A DNA stretch of 64,000 nt from Gemmatimonadaceae bacterium (lineage in GTDB: Bacteria > Gemmatimonadota > Gemmatimonadetes > Gemmatimonadales > Gemmatimonadaceae), in contig JBJMOW010000005.1 in assembly GCA_045803545.1 (NCBI GenBank), forward strand, positions 192,001 through 256,000, in the 5' to 3' direction. Of the stretch, positions 51,646-61,836 are shown piece after piece (positions within the stretch are counted from its first letter, which is position 1; each line of letters opens with the position of its first letter). The notes beneath the pieces were generated by a model. That model was given only the letters and a program-made list of their open reading frames with translations, did no database searches and was not told the origin of the DNA. Made by a program: the position numbers and the translations under genes.

Positions 51646-52433
51646 GCGTCCTCCAGGTCTTCTCGTTCGACTCGCCAGCCGCCATCGCTGAGGGCGCGCT
51701 TCATCACCGGTCGTTCGTCCACCACCATTCCGGCGATGATCGCTTTGCCGTCCGACGTCAATGCGGCTCTCATCGTCGGCAGCAACGGAACAATCACCGA
51801 CGAGATAATGTTGGCAAGCACGACACGTACCGGCGCGATCAGCGGCAGCAGCAGCGAAGCATCGCCTTCGATCACCTCAACGCGATCAGCGACCGCATTC
51901 ACCTCGATGTTCGACTCAGCGTTGGCGATCGAATCGTGGTCGAGCTCGATCGCGGCAACGCGGGATGCACCGAGCTTTGCGGCGGCGATCGACAACACCG
52001 CGCTGCCTGCTCCCAGGTCCGCGACGAAATCGCCGCGCTTGATGACGCTTTGCATCAACCGCATCACACCCCGGGTCGATTGATGCTCACCGGTCCCGAA
52101 CGCCATCGCTGGATCGATGATGATCGTCCGGACCGGATCCTCTTCGCTCGCCAGCCAGGGCGGCGCGATGACGAGCTCGCCGACGCGATGGACGCCGACC
52201 GAAGCGCGCCACTGGGAGTAATCCACCTCGAGCGACGGCGTGATACTGATCTCAGCAGCGGGATCGGCGTCTTTCACTGCACGTTGGATTCGATCGAGCG
52301 GGGCGTCACTGCGGAAATGGGTTAGCACGCTGCCGCCGTCTTCCTGTACTCCCTGCGAGCCGAAATCAAAAAGCGCCGCGATCACTCCGTCGCGGTTCGA
52401 CTGTGGAGTGATGCGCAGCGCGATCCAGCTCAA
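51615..52433 (-). CDS. prmA: Ribosomal protein L11 methyltransferase
   Basis: IDPAMAFGTGEHQST, DLGAGSAVLSI, ANI. Confidence 0.92.
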   Translation of the reverse strand: MSWIALRITPQSNRDGVIAALFDFGSQGVQEDGGSVLTHFRSDAPLDRIQRAVKDADPAAEISITPSLEVDYSQWRASVGVHRVGELVIAPPWLASEEDPVRTIIIDPAMAFGTGEHQSTRGVMRLMQSVIKRGDFVADLGAGSAVLSIAAAKLGASRVAAIELDHDSIANAESNIEVNAVADRVEVIEGDASLLLPLIAPVRVVLANIISSVIVPLLPTMRAALTSDGKAIIAGMVVDERPVMKRALSDGGWRVEREDLEDAWWSARIASR

Positions 52434-52434
52434 A

Positions 52435-53562
52435 TCAGGCGCCGAGTGATTCGCGAATCTTCGACCAGAGTCCCTTTGGGCGCGGACTCGGCACTGCCTG
52501 CAGCTCGCTCAGACGCCGAATCAGCTTCTCTTCCTCGTCGCTGAATGCATCGGGCGTCCACAGCTGCAAGCGCACATGCAGATCACCGGAGGAGCTCGAG
52601 TTGATGCGTGGCAAGCCCCGACCGCGAAGGTTGAAGACCTGGCCGCTCTGAGTTCCCGGCGGGATCTGCAGTGTCACCGTGCCGCTCACCATCGGAACAT
52701 CGACGTTGGCGCCCAGCGCGATCTGAGCGTAAGTCACAAGAACTTCGGTATAGAGATCCTCACCGTCGCGCTCGAACCTCGGGTCCTCTTCTACCTCGAA
52801 CACGACGAGGATGTCACCACGAGGCCCGCCACGCGGACCTACGTTGCCGACGCCACGCATCGTCATGTACTGGCCAGTAGCCACGCCCGCCGGAATCCGC
52901 ACCGCAATCTGCTTCTCGCCGCGAACGCGTCCCTCGCCTCTGCATTTCTTGCACGGCGCGGCGATGACGGTGCCTTCACCGGAGCAGGTCGGACACGGGG
53001 CAACGCTCACTACCTGGCCGAAGAAGCTGCGCTGCGCGCGACGTACCTCGCCTGTGCCGCGGCACGTCGTGCACGTCGTCGGGCTCGAGCCTGGCTCAGC
53101 GCCACGGCCTTCGCAGCGATCGCAAGGTTCCAGGAGCTTCACCGTCACCGTTTTCTCGACGCCGCTCGCGACTTCGTTCAACGTCAGCGGCATCGCCATC
53201 TTGATATCGGAACCGGTGCGGGGGCCGGTCTGCCGTGTGGCTGCGCCGAAGAGATCGCCGAATCCGCCAAGTCCACCCAGATCGCGCATGAAGATGCTGA
53301 GCGCTTCCGAGAGATCGACGTGATGGAATCCCGCGGCGCCCCCGCGCAGTCCAGCCTCACCGTAGCGATCGTAAAGCGCGCGCTTGTTTGGATCGCGCAG
53401 CACGTCGTACGCCTCGGTGATCGCCTTGAACTTCTCCTCGGCTTCCTTCGCCCCGTTGTTGCGGTCGGGATGGAACTGCATCGCCAGCTTGCGATACGCC
53501 TTCTTGATGTCGTCGTCGCTGGCGCCGTGTGCGACGCCGAGCGTGTTATAAAAATCAGCCAT
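52435..53562 (-). CDS. dnaJ: Chaperone DnaJ
   Basis: J domain HPD, four CxxCxGxG repeats. Confidence 0.97.
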   Translation of the reverse strand: MADFYNTLGVAHGASDDDIKKAYRKLAMQFHPDRNNGAKEAEEKFKAITEAYDVLRDPNKRALYDRYGEAGLRGGAAGFHHVDLSEALSIFMRDLGGLGGFGDLFGAATRQTGPRTGSDIKMAMPLTLNEVASGVEKTVTVKLLEPCDRCEGRGAEPGSSPTTCTTCRGTGEVRRAQRSFFGQVVSVAPCPTCSGEGTVIAAPCKKCRGEGRVRGEKQIAVRIPAGVATGQYMTMRGVGNVGPRGGPRGDILVVFEVEEDPRFERDGEDLYTEVLVTYAQIALGANVDVPMVSGTVTLQIPPGTQSGQVFNLRGRGLPRINSSSSGDLHVRLQLWTPDAFSDEEEKLIRRLSELQAVPSPRPKGLWSKIRESLGA

Positions 53563-54616
53563 GCGTTCTAGGATTCTCCTTCAACAAATCAGTCACCAGC
53601 TCCGACGTATGCGTTACAAGCGAGATCACCTTGTCGTAAGGCATTCTCGTCGGACCAATGACACCAATCACTCCAGTCAACGGACCTGCATGATACGAAG
53701 CCGTCACGACCGTAAAGTTCGTAAGCTTCGGATCGTTGTGTTCATTGCCAATCGTTATCGACACGCCGCTGGTGTCGCTGCGACGGCGAAGCAGCTCGCC
53801 GAGTTTTTGTCGTGTTTCCGTCAACTCGACAAGTCTACGCATGTTGTCAACACTGGCGAATTCCGGCTGCTCAGCCAGCACTGATGCCTGCCCCAACAGC
53901 ACGCCGTCCTCGTCCGACTCGAGCGAACTATTGAAGACCTGATCCCCTTCTTCGATGAAGACATTGAGCAGATCAGTTGCGTCACGTGGTACGGAGTCGC
54001 GCAGACGGTCGCCAAGCGAAGCGCGAATCTGGCGCAGAGACAGTCCAGCCAGTCGCTCATTGAGAACGTGGGTGACTTCCGCGATGGCGGCATCGGCGAT
54101 CTCACCGCGGACATCGACGAAAATGGTGCGAACTGCGCCGGGTGAGAGTGTGAGGGCAACGAGTAGTCGCTCCGACGAGAGTCGAATGAGCTCGACGCCC
54201 TCGAGCACCGCGTTGTCGAGGCGAGGACCAAGCGCAACGCCGAGCTCCTGGGTGATGACACCGAGGCTCTGTGCCGCGCGTCGGAGGATTGCTTCGACAG
54301 CTGAACCGCCGCTCGAGATCTGCGCGGTCAGTCGTCGGCGGTCGGGAGCGCCCGGCGGTTTGATCGGAATCAGCGAGTCGACGTAAACGCGATATGCGAC
54401 ATCAGTTGGGATCCGGCCGGCGGATGCGTGCGGATGGAAGAGATAACCTTTCTCCTCCAGATCGCTCATGGTGTTGCGGATGGTCGCGGGCGAAACACCG
54501 AGTCCAAACCGATGGGCGAGACTGCGCGAACCGGCTGGCTGGGCGGTTTCGACATACGTCTGAATTACGGCTTCGAGGATACGCCGCTCGCGTTCGTTCA
54601 GACTCGGCAGTGACAT
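53555..54616 (-). CDS. hrcA: Heat-inducible transcription repressor HrcA
   Basis: SPATIRNTMSDLE, PHASAGRIPT, GVIGPTRMPY. Confidence 0.95.
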   Translation of the reverse strand: MSLPSLNERERRILEAVIQTYVETAQPAGSRSLAHRFGLGVSPATIRNTMSDLEEKGYLFHPHASAGRIPTDVAYRVYVDSLIPIKPPGAPDRRRLTAQISSGGSAVEAILRRAAQSLGVITQELGVALGPRLDNAVLEGVELIRLSSERLLVALTLSPGAVRTIFVDVRGEIADAAIAEVTHVLNERLAGLSLRQIRASLGDRLRDSVPRDATDLLNVFIEEGDQVFNSSLESDEDGVLLGQASVLAEQPEFASVDNMRRLVELTETRQKLGELLRRRSDTSGVSITIGNEHNDPKLTNFTVVTASYHAGPLTGVIGVIGPTRMPYDKVISLVTHTSELVTDLLKENPRTHG

Positions 54617-54644
54617 GCTTAAATATAGTGGCGACTAGGGGTTA

Positions 54645-54697
54645 GCGGGACGGCGGGAAGCGGGGAGCGGGAAGCGGGAAGCGGGAAGCGGGAAGCG
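54645..54697 (+). repeat. Tandem heptamer array (GCGGGAA)n
   Basis: About 7 units between the hemW stop and the hrcA promoter. Confidence 0.9.
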
Positions 54698-54702
54698 CAG
54701 AG

Positions 54703-55863
54703 CTATACGCCGGAGGACGCGTAGGCGGCAAGGCTATCGAGGCGCAGCCAGCCGGTCGGTGTCAGGCGGACTCGGAGTGCGCCGTGATCGTTGATCACGG
54801 ACGCCCAGCCGGCGTCTTGCCACGAGCGCAGGTACGATGGTTCGCCCCGCTCGACAAGGAGGCCGGCGGAGGTGCGCAAACCCAGGTAGGCGGCTTCGCT
54901 CATACGGTTGTCGCGGGTCAGCCGCTCTTCCCCGGCCATGATTGGTTCTCCTTTGGCGAGGCGGCGCATCCATTCAGCGTATGGCGCAACGTTCCAGCGC
55001 CGTACTTCACCGTCGAACGAATGCGCTGAAGGGCCGGCGGCGAGATAAGGGACGCCGGTCCAATAGGCTGAGTTATGGCGCGAGCGTTTCCCGGGACGAG
55101 CAAAATTCGAGACCTCGTAGTGTTCGAATCCGGCTCCTGCCAGAGTCTCGTGCGCAATGAGAAACTCCTCCTCGTATCCCTCTTCGCCGCCCTGAACGAT
55201 CTGACCGCGATCGGCCCATTTGCCGATTGGGGTCATTGACTCAACGGTGAGACCGTAGAGCGACAGATGCGCGGGCTCGAGCTGAATGGCGCGATCGAGG
55301 TCATCGCGCCAGGAGCGGCCGATGTGTCCGGGCAGCGAAAAGATCAGATCGAGTGAGATGTTGTCGATGCCACCCCGCCTGAGGATCGAGACGGCACGGC
55401 CGATCTGCGCCGAGTTGTGAGTGCGGTGCATCCATTCGAGGCCGGCGTCATTGAAAGTTTGCGCACCCAGTGACACGCGATTTACGCCAGCGGCAGTCCA
55501 CCTGGCGACAGCGACGTCGTTGATGTCGTCGGGATTCGCCTCAACAGTGATCTCAGCGCCGCGCGCCATTTGCCAGTGGTCGCCAACACTGGTCAACACC
55601 GATGCGACTCCGGCTCCGCCCAGTCGGGACGGAGTTCCGCCGCCGAGATAGACCGTTTCCAAAGCGTCGCGGACTGCTCGGCCGGTTACACGCCGATTCT
55701 GACTCGTTGCGTCGTCTCGTTCGGCGACCTGTGTCAGCTCGGTGCGCAGAGCAGCCAGGTACTCATCGATAGGCGTGACAGACCTGACGGCGATCGAGAA
55801 ATCGCAGTACGAGCAGCGGCGAGCGCAGAAGGGAACGTGGATGTAGAGATGCCGTGCGGGCAT
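54703..55863 (-). CDS. hemW: Radical SAM heme chaperone HemW
   Basis: LYIHVPFCARRCSYCDF, GGGTPS, EANP, HYEVSNF, HNSAYW; start set at ATG 55863. Confidence 0.93.
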   Translation of the reverse strand: MPARHLYIHVPFCARRCSYCDFSIAVRSVTPIDEYLAALRTELTQVAERDDATSQNRRVTGRAVRDALETVYLGGGTPSRLGGAGVASVLTSVGDHWQMARGAEITVEANPDDINDVAVARWTAAGVNRVSLGAQTFNDAGLEWMHRTHNSAQIGRAVSILRRGGIDNISLDLIFSLPGHIGRSWRDDLDRAIQLEPAHLSLYGLTVESMTPIGKWADRGQIVQGGEEGYEEEFLIAHETLAGAGFEHYEVSNFARPGKRSRHNSAYWTGVPYLAAGPSAHSFDGEVRRWNVAPYAEWMRRLAKGEPIMAGEERLTRDNRMSEAAYLGLRTSAGLLVERGEPSYLRSWQDAGWASVINDHGALRVRLTPTGWLRLDSLAAYASSGV

Positions 55864-55883
55864 ACTCGTGAATATATCGGGGG

Positions 55884-56050
55884 GAGACTGAGGCCTGAGG
55901 AGTAAGTGCATCAGAGACTGAGGCCTGAGGACTAAGTGCATCGATCATCGCGGACTAAGTGAGGATTGCGGACAACCGAGGATTCACTCGTGGTCCTCCA
56001 TCAGCAATTAGTCAGCAATCATAGATGCACTTGGTCCTCGGGCCTCAGTC
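55884..56050. repeat. Palindromic intergenic element, family A copy 3 (left-end duplication, 30-bp period)
   Basis: GAGACTGAGGCCTGAGGA(G/C)TAAGTGCATC twice; right end GATGCACTTGGTCCTCGGGCCTCAGTC. Confidence 0.85.
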
Positions 56051-56063
56051 AACCCAACCTGAG

Positions 56064-56951
56064 TCAACGTCGTTTGATCTCTCCAGCCAGAGTGCATTCG
56101 ACCAGGCCCATTATCTCCAGCGAAGTGATCGCTGCGAGGCATTCGCCCAGACTCAAATCCGTCAGCGACGGAAGTTCGTCGGTCAGCTTCACTCCGTCGA
56201 CGAGCGAGTCCCAGATCTTCTGCTCGGTGTCGGGCAGCAGCGGGGCGGGAGGATTCTCCGGCTTCAGAGTGATGCCGATCAGCGAAAGCGCGTCCTCGGG
56301 CTTGGTTATCACCTGCGCGCCGTCCTTGATCAACTGATTGGTGCCTCGGCTCTGGTTGCTGTCGATCGGGCCGGGAACGGCCGCGACTGTCCGGCCTAGC
56401 TCCAAAGCCTGGGTCGCGGTATTGATCGCCCCGCTCCGGAAATCGGCCTCCACGACGATCGTCACCGGCGCGAGAGCGGCGATGATCCGATTGCGTTTGG
56501 GAAAGGCGCCCTGATGTGCGGTAGCACCGGGCGGGTTCTCGGATATCACCAGTCCGTTAGTGGCGATCGACCGATGGAGCGCGCGGTGGCCAACGGGATA
56601 AGGAACGTCGATGCCGGTGCCTAGAACGGCGATGGTCCCGGCGCCGTTCTCGAGCGCGGTGCGGTGCGCTTTGCTATCGATCCCGCGCGCCATGCCGCTG
56701 ACCACAGTGACCCCGGCGCGGGCGAACGCCAGCCCAAGATTGCGCGCGACACGCTCGCCATAACCGGTCGAGTTTCTCGTCCCAACGACGGCGATTCGCG
56801 GGCGACTTAGAACCTCCCGATCGCCGATGGCAAAGAGCGGCGACGGGGGAATCGCGAGCTCGAGCAGCTCGCACGGATACTCCGGCGAATCCTTCGTCCA
56901 CTCTTGAATGGTGAGCGAGGGTTCACTTGAAGTGATGCTCGCGAATGTCAA
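56064..56951 (-). CDS. dprA: DNA-processing protein DprA
   Basis: AVVGTR, VSGMARGID, AVLGTG, FPKRNRIIA, SGAINTA, GTNQLIKDGA. Confidence 0.93.
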   Translation of the reverse strand: MTFASITSSEPSLTIQEWTKDSPEYPCELLELAIPPSPLFAIGDREVLSRPRIAVVGTRNSTGYGERVARNLGLAFARAGVTVVSGMARGIDSKAHRTALENGAGTIAVLGTGIDVPYPVGHRALHRSIATNGLVISENPPGATAHQGAFPKRNRIIAALAPVTIVVEADFRSGAINTATQALELGRTVAAVPGPIDSNQSRGTNQLIKDGAQVITKPEDALSLIGITLKPENPPAPLLPDTEQKIWDSLVDGVKLTDELPSLTDLSLGECLAAITSLEIMGLVECTLAGEIKRR

Positions 56952-57967
56952 GGGAGACTTACAGTTGCGTCTTCAGGTCTCTCGCTCTTTTTGAGGCGCA
57001 GGATCTCGTTCCACCAGCCTGCCAGCAACTCGTCGAGGCCAGTCCGCGCGGCCGCACTCACGGCAAAGGATCCGAACGAGCCGGGCGCGTTGATGGGCGG
57101 AAGGTACTCCTCACCCATCAAATCCATCTTGGTGAAAACGACGCAATGGGGTTTGGTCGCGAGGTCGGCCGAATACTCAGCGACTTCGCCGCGGAGCTGG
57201 TCGTATTCCGCTTGCCAGTCCATCGCGTCGATCGGGATGAGGAAAGACAATATCCGCGTCCTTTCGATGTGCCGCAGGAACTGAAGCCCGAGTCCCTTCC
57301 CCTCGTGAGCTCCTTCGATGATTCCGGGGATGTCGGCGACGACGAAGGTCCGGCTATCGGTCAACTGCACGACGCCGAGATTGGGTTGGAGGGTGGTGAA
57401 GGGATAGTCGGCAATCTTTGGCCGGGCGGCGGAGATCACAGAAAGAAGCGTCGACTTGCCGGCGTTCGGCTGACCGACCAGACCGACATCCGCGATGAGC
57501 TTGAGCTCCATCTCGACGGTGCGCGCCACGCCTTCTTCACCCGGCTGCCACTCTCGCGGCGATTGGTGGGTAGCGGTCGCAAAAAAAGCGTTACCCTTCC
57601 CCCCTCGCCCACCTTTGGCGATCACGACCTCCTGGCCATCTTCGAGAATCTCGGCGAGGATCTCGCCCGTTTGAGCTTCACGGAGGATCGTCCCTGGAGG
57701 CACAGGCATCACAATGTCCTTGCCGGATCGACCCGATTTGTTGGCCCCCATCCCGTGCTCGCCACGCTCCGCCACCCAGCGATCGCGGTAGGTGTAGTCG
57801 AGCAGGGTCGCCAGATTCTTGTCTCCGCGCACGATGACGTCGCCGCCGCGGCCACCATCTCCGCCGTCGGGGCCGCCCATCGGCGTGCGCCACTCGCGGC
57901 GGAAGCTCGTCGCGCCCGATCCGCCGGTGCCGCCTTCGATTCGGATTACTGCGCGGTCAATGAACAT
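56948..57967 (-). CDS. obgE: GTPase ObgE
   Basis: GGPDGGDGGRGG, GQPNAGKST, YPFTT, DIPG, FLRHIER. Confidence 0.96.
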   Translation of the reverse strand: MFIDRAVIRIEGGTGGSGATSFRREWRTPMGGPDGGDGGRGGDVIVRGDKNLATLLDYTYRDRWVAERGEHGMGANKSGRSGKDIVMPVPPGTILREAQTGEILAEILEDGQEVVIAKGGRGGKGNAFFATATHQSPREWQPGEEGVARTVEMELKLIADVGLVGQPNAGKSTLLSVISAARPKIADYPFTTLQPNLGVVQLTDSRTFVVADIPGIIEGAHEGKGLGLQFLRHIERTRILSFLIPIDAMDWQAEYDQLRGEVAEYSADLATKPHCVVFTKMDLMGEEYLPPINAPGSFGSFAVSAAARTGLDELLAGWWNEILRLKKSERPEDATVSLP

Positions 57968-57998
57968 TGGGTCCGGTACTAGTCTGTTGTGGCTACTA

Positions 57999-58163
57999 AC
58001 TGCGGACCAACGAAAGGTAGGCAGGAAGCAGAGTGCTCAGGGTAGAGTTTGCAGCTATGTGCGTGGCGTTTGAGACGAACGGAACCAGGAATGACAAGAT
58101 CAACGCTGCCACCTGCCTGCTGACCATGTCTGCAACCTGCCTACCTTTTGTTGCAGTGCGCAG
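57999..58163. repeat. Palindromic intergenic element (single copy in window)
   Basis: CAACGAAAGGTAGGCAGG (58008-58025) / CCTGCCTACCTTTTGTTG (58136-58153); termini ACTGCG...CGCAGT. Confidence 0.75.
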
Positions 58164-58808
58164 TCACGCCGAAACCACCTTAGCCAGCAGCAGCTTGTAC
58201 CTCGCAAGATCGTCCCGCGAGATCAAATCGTTGAGCGCGTCCAGGACAGCACCGATCTCCAAGCCACTCGATCCGGAGTTGAGCGCTCCGTGTAGATGGG
58301 AGTGAAGCTGGCGTTGTTGCCCCGACGTCGCGCAGGCCGCGACGACGCACAGCTCGCGGGTCCGCAAATCTACATAGGGACGGGAGAGCACCTTGCCGTA
58401 GCCGTCGATGATCATCCATTCGTCGAGCGCGGGATGCAGCTGGCGGATATTCTCGCGCAGCTTGTCGTACATATCGCCGTAGACGATCCGACACGTCTCT
58501 TCGCCGCGCTCGCGCCAAAGCTCGATTTCGTCTACCGTCGCATGCTCGTCGTCGGGAGGAGCCTGGCGCTCGGAGACCGCTCGCCACGCCCGCGCGGCGT
58601 TCAGAGCGCGTGGGAAGCCGGCGAACAGGTACGACTGGAGAATTATCTCTTCCACCGCGACTGGATCGACTTCATCTACTGCTTCGGACATTATCGCTCG
58701 CACCTGACCTTCGGGTGAGCCGGCAATCGCCCCTGCGATCCTTACCAGGTGCCGCAGGCCAGCCGAGAGTGGCGCAAGGTTAGTTCGAGTCTCTGCGCCG
58801 GTCGTCAT
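58164..58808 (-). CDS. Carboxymuconolactone decarboxylase (AhpD-like) family protein
   Basis: ILQSYLFAGFPRALNA, YGKVLSRP, RELCVV, QLHSHLHGAL. Confidence 0.8.
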   Translation of the reverse strand: MTTGAETRTNLAPLSAGLRHLVRIAGAIAGSPEGQVRAIMSEAVDEVDPVAVEEIILQSYLFAGFPRALNAARAWRAVSERQAPPDDEHATVDEIELWRERGEETCRIVYGDMYDKLRENIRQLHPALDEWMIIDGYGKVLSRPYVDLRTRELCVVAACATSGQQRQLHSHLHGALNSGSSGLEIGAVLDALNDLISRDDLARYKLLLAKVVSA

Positions 58809-58827
58809 CGGGCTTCGGCGCGCGTAA

Positions 58828-59826
58828 TCAGGCGACGTCAGACTTCAGAGCGATCTCGCCGACGCACTCCCCGCGCGTGTTCTTCACCGGCTTGTGCATC
58901 CACTCGTGCAGACGCGGCGGCAGTGGAGCGGGAAGCTCGTCGATCTCCTGCAGCAAACGAAGAAGCGCAGGCACCTGTGCGCGCTGCCCTCCATCTTCGA
59001 CCTTGAGTGCGACTCCGATTCCGCGGGCCGGAATCAACGCGCAATGCACTCCCTCCGCGCCGACTTTGGAGATTACACGGCCCTTGGTCTCCGCGATCAG
59101 CGCGGTGTCGAATCGATCGGTGCCGCCGACGAGGAATGGGTTCTTGCTCATGGCGTTGATGATCCGCTGCGGAACCTCCTCGCCTCGTGCGGCAGCGACG
59201 GCAAAGCGTGAGTAGGCGCGCGCCATCCGCTCGAGGGTCATCCCGAAAACCACGACGCCGCAGCCATCGACGGCTTGCACAATTTTCCCGCACGCGACAT
59301 CGGTCCACAGCGAGATCTCGTGCAGAATGGCGCGCTGGACATTGTGGTCTCGGCGTTCGTATCCGCGCGTCGGCCACGCCTTCTTGCGCGCCAGCGCCAG
59401 CATCGCTGAATGCTTGCCCGAGCAGTTGTTGTGGATCCGCGACGGGCGACCGCCGGCATCGCGCAGGAACTTGGCGCCGCGCTGCGACGACGGATCATGC
59501 GGGCCGCAGGCGAGATCACCTTCTTCCAGTCCAAGGTCGCGCAGCATTTGCTCGACGATCGCGATGTGCTCCGGCTCTCCACCGTGCGATGCGCACGACA
59601 CGGCCAGCTGTTGATCGCCCCAGCCTAATGCGTCAAATCCGCCAGAGCTGAGAAACGGAACAACCTGGAACGGTTTGGCGCAGGAGCGCCAATACGTGAA
59701 GGCGTTGGGATCGTGGGCAGCGCCCAGCAGCTCGTCCTTCTCTCCAACGACCGCTGCGTGCACACGATGCTCTGATTCGGGGAAATCCCCGCGCAGTACT
59801 GTGATGTCGAGATCGTGCGTTCTCAT
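58828..59826 (-). CDS. L-asparaginase II (Rhizobium AnsA-type) family protein
   Basis: RSCAKPFQ, ASHGGE, NNCSGKH, DGCG, SKVGAEG, KVEDG. Confidence 0.87.
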   Translation of the reverse strand: MRTHDLDITVLRGDFPESEHRVHAAVVGEKDELLGAAHDPNAFTYWRSCAKPFQVVPFLSSGGFDALGWGDQQLAVSCASHGGEPEHIAIVEQMLRDLGLEEGDLACGPHDPSSQRGAKFLRDAGGRPSRIHNNCSGKHSAMLALARKKAWPTRGYERRDHNVQRAILHEISLWTDVACGKIVQAVDGCGVVVFGMTLERMARAYSRFAVAAARGEEVPQRIINAMSKNPFLVGGTDRFDTALIAETKGRVISKVGAEGVHCALIPARGIGVALKVEDGGQRAQVPALLRLLQEIDELPAPLPPRLHEWMHKPVKNTRGECVGEIALKSDVA

Positions 59827-59856
59827 GATTGCTGCAAACAACGTCCGAGGGGCGGT

Positions 59857-60840
59857 CTAGAATAGCTTAACCCCGATCATTCCCTTTGTGTACCGTCTCG
59901 GATCGCGTCGCACGTCGACGAGGACGCTATTCAACTCGGTGACCGTTTTCACCAGCAGGTCATACAGCTGCTGGTCGGTGAAGAGTTTCTGCATGGTGCC
60001 GTTGCCGCTCGACATCACCGATACGAGGGAGTCAGCACGGTTGACGACCGTCACGAGATGCACATAAAGCGTGTCGTCGCGCAGCAATCTGGAGATCGAG
60101 CCGTTGCCGCGATTGATGGAACCGATGATAGAGTCAGCGGATGCAACGGTGCGATTCAAACTGTAATAGAGCGACGGATCGTCGAGCAGGCGGCCGATGG
60201 TGCCGCGCGGATTCTCCAGTCGCGACATCAGCAGGCTGGAACGTGCGAGCGTCGAATTCAGCTGATCGTACAGAGTGCGATTGGTGAGCAGCTGGCCGAG
60301 TGTGCCCTGACCGCGATTGATCTGATCGATAGTATGCTGCAGCTGTTGGGTGACACCCGCGGCCTGAGTGATGACGCCCGACGCCTGCTGCACCACCGCC
60401 TCGTAATCGACGGCGGGCGCGATCCGCACCGTGTCGCCCTCGTGGAGTGGAGCGTACCTGGGCGTACCGGGACTGATGTCGAGGACTTTGTCGCCGAGTA
60501 GCCCCTGGGTTTTGATCTTGGCGCGCGAGTCCTGTCGCACCTGCGGCTGCAGGCTCTGATTGACCTGCAGAATGATCTTGAGATTGCGCGTGGTATCCTG
60601 GTCAACCGGCAGAAAGCGAATATCGTCGATGCTGCCGGCGAGCTGACCGGCGACGGTGACGGGGCCGCCAATGCGGAGACCGCTGACGTTGCCGACGAAC
60701 GCGACCAGATGATAGCGCTTCCCAAAAAGATTGCCCGCCTGCCCAAGCCTCAGAATGGCGAACGCGAGGATGATGATGGCGACTAAAATCAGCGCGCCCA
60801 CCTTGAGCTGGTCCCAGGTCAGATAGGAGGAGCGCTTCAT
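59857..60840 (-). CDS. mlaD: MCE/MlaD family ABC transporter substrate-binding protein
   Basis: N-terminal TM, VSGLRIGGPV, TQGLLGDK, GTLGQLL repeats. Confidence 0.87.
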   Translation of the reverse strand: MKRSSYLTWDQLKVGALILVAIIILAFAILRLGQAGNLFGKRYHLVAFVGNVSGLRIGGPVTVAGQLAGSIDDIRFLPVDQDTTRNLKIILQVNQSLQPQVRQDSRAKIKTQGLLGDKVLDISPGTPRYAPLHEGDTVRIAPAVDYEAVVQQASGVITQAAGVTQQLQHTIDQINRGQGTLGQLLTNRTLYDQLNSTLARSSLLMSRLENPRGTIGRLLDDPSLYYSLNRTVASADSIIGSINRGNGSISRLLRDDTLYVHLVTVVNRADSLVSVMSSGNGTMQKLFTDQQLYDLLVKTVTELNSVLVDVRRDPRRYTKGMIGVKLF

Positions 60841-60843
60841 TTG

Positions 60844-60909
60844 GCGGGAAGCGGGAAGCGGGAGGCGGGACGCGACCGCGGGATGAGGGATGAGGGATGA
60901 GGGATGCGG
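60844..60909 (+). repeat. Heptamer array switching from GCGGGA(A/G) to GAGGGAT units
   Basis: gcgggaa gcgggaa gcgggag gcgggac ... gcgggat gagggat gagggat gagggat directly upstream of the mlaD ATG. Confidence 0.85.
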
Positions 60910-60918
60910 TAGCGCACC

Positions 60919-61836
60919 TTAGAACCCTCCCAGGAATTCGCGGAGGTACGGATCGTCGCTGCCGGTCATTTCCTCCGGACTCCCGAAAAATCCAATACGC
61001 TTGTTGGCCAGAAGAGCAATCTTGCTCGCCATGCGGAAAGCGGATCTGATGTCGTGAGACACTACGACGCTCGTCACGCCCAGTTCGCGTTGGAGCTTGA
61101 TGATCAGATAAGTGATGGTCGCGGTAGTGAGCGGATCCAAACCGGAGGTCGGTTCGTCATAGAGCATGATCTCGGGATTGTTGGCGAGACCGCGCGCGAT
61201 GCCGACGCGTTTCTTCATTCCGCCCGACAGCTCGGACGGCAGCTGGTCCATCACGCGATCAGGCTCGAGATCGACGAACGTGAGCTTCTCGCGCACGCGC
61301 GCTTCGATCTCATCCTCGGCGAGCGCTGTATGCTCGCGCAGAGGATAAGCGACGTTTTCGTAGACACTCATCGAATCGAACAGTGCTGCTCCCTGGAAGA
61401 CCATTCCCATCTTTTGGCGCACTTTGAGGGCGTCGTCAAAGGTAAGGTGCGTAATTTCTTCGCCGTCGATAGATACCCGGCCTTGATCGGGCACCAATAA
61501 TCTGAGAATCAACTTGAGAATCGTCGACTTCCCGGTGCCCGATTCCCCGACGACGACGATGGTCTCCCCTTCCCGGGCGTCGAAAGAGACGTCCTCCAGA
61601 ATCGGTTCCTCGAACGCCAGGTAGATGTTCTCGAGTCCGATGACCGTTTGCGACGCGGCGCGCTCCCGCGTAGCGCGATGCTCGGTTTGCTCGGCGACTT
61701 CTTCCAGCTCGCTGCGGATGGCCGCGCGAACACGCCCTGAGTCGTGGGCTCGGCGGGGCATCGCCGTCTCATCCTTCTCACTCGGATGACGGCGCTCGGC
61801 CTGCTGGCGGCGACGGTCTTCGGTGTCGTCGGTCAC
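60919..61836 (-). CDS. mlaF: MlaF-type ABC transporter ATP-binding protein
   Basis: GESGTGKS, FQGAALFDS, LSGGMKKR, YDEPTSGLDP, VSHD. Confidence 0.9.
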   Translation of the reverse strand: MTDDTEDRRRQQAERRHPSEKDETAMPRRAHDSGRVRAAIRSELEEVAEQTEHRATRERAASQTVIGLENIYLAFEEPILEDVSFDAREGETIVVVGESGTGKSTILKLILRLLVPDQGRVSIDGEEITHLTFDDALKVRQKMGMVFQGAALFDSMSVYENVAYPLREHTALAEDEIEARVREKLTFVDLEPDRVMDQLPSELSGGMKKRVGIARGLANNPEIMLYDEPTSGLDPLTTATITYLIIKLQRELGVTSVVVSHDIRSAFRMASKIALLANKRIGFFGSPEEMTGSDDPYLREFLGGF

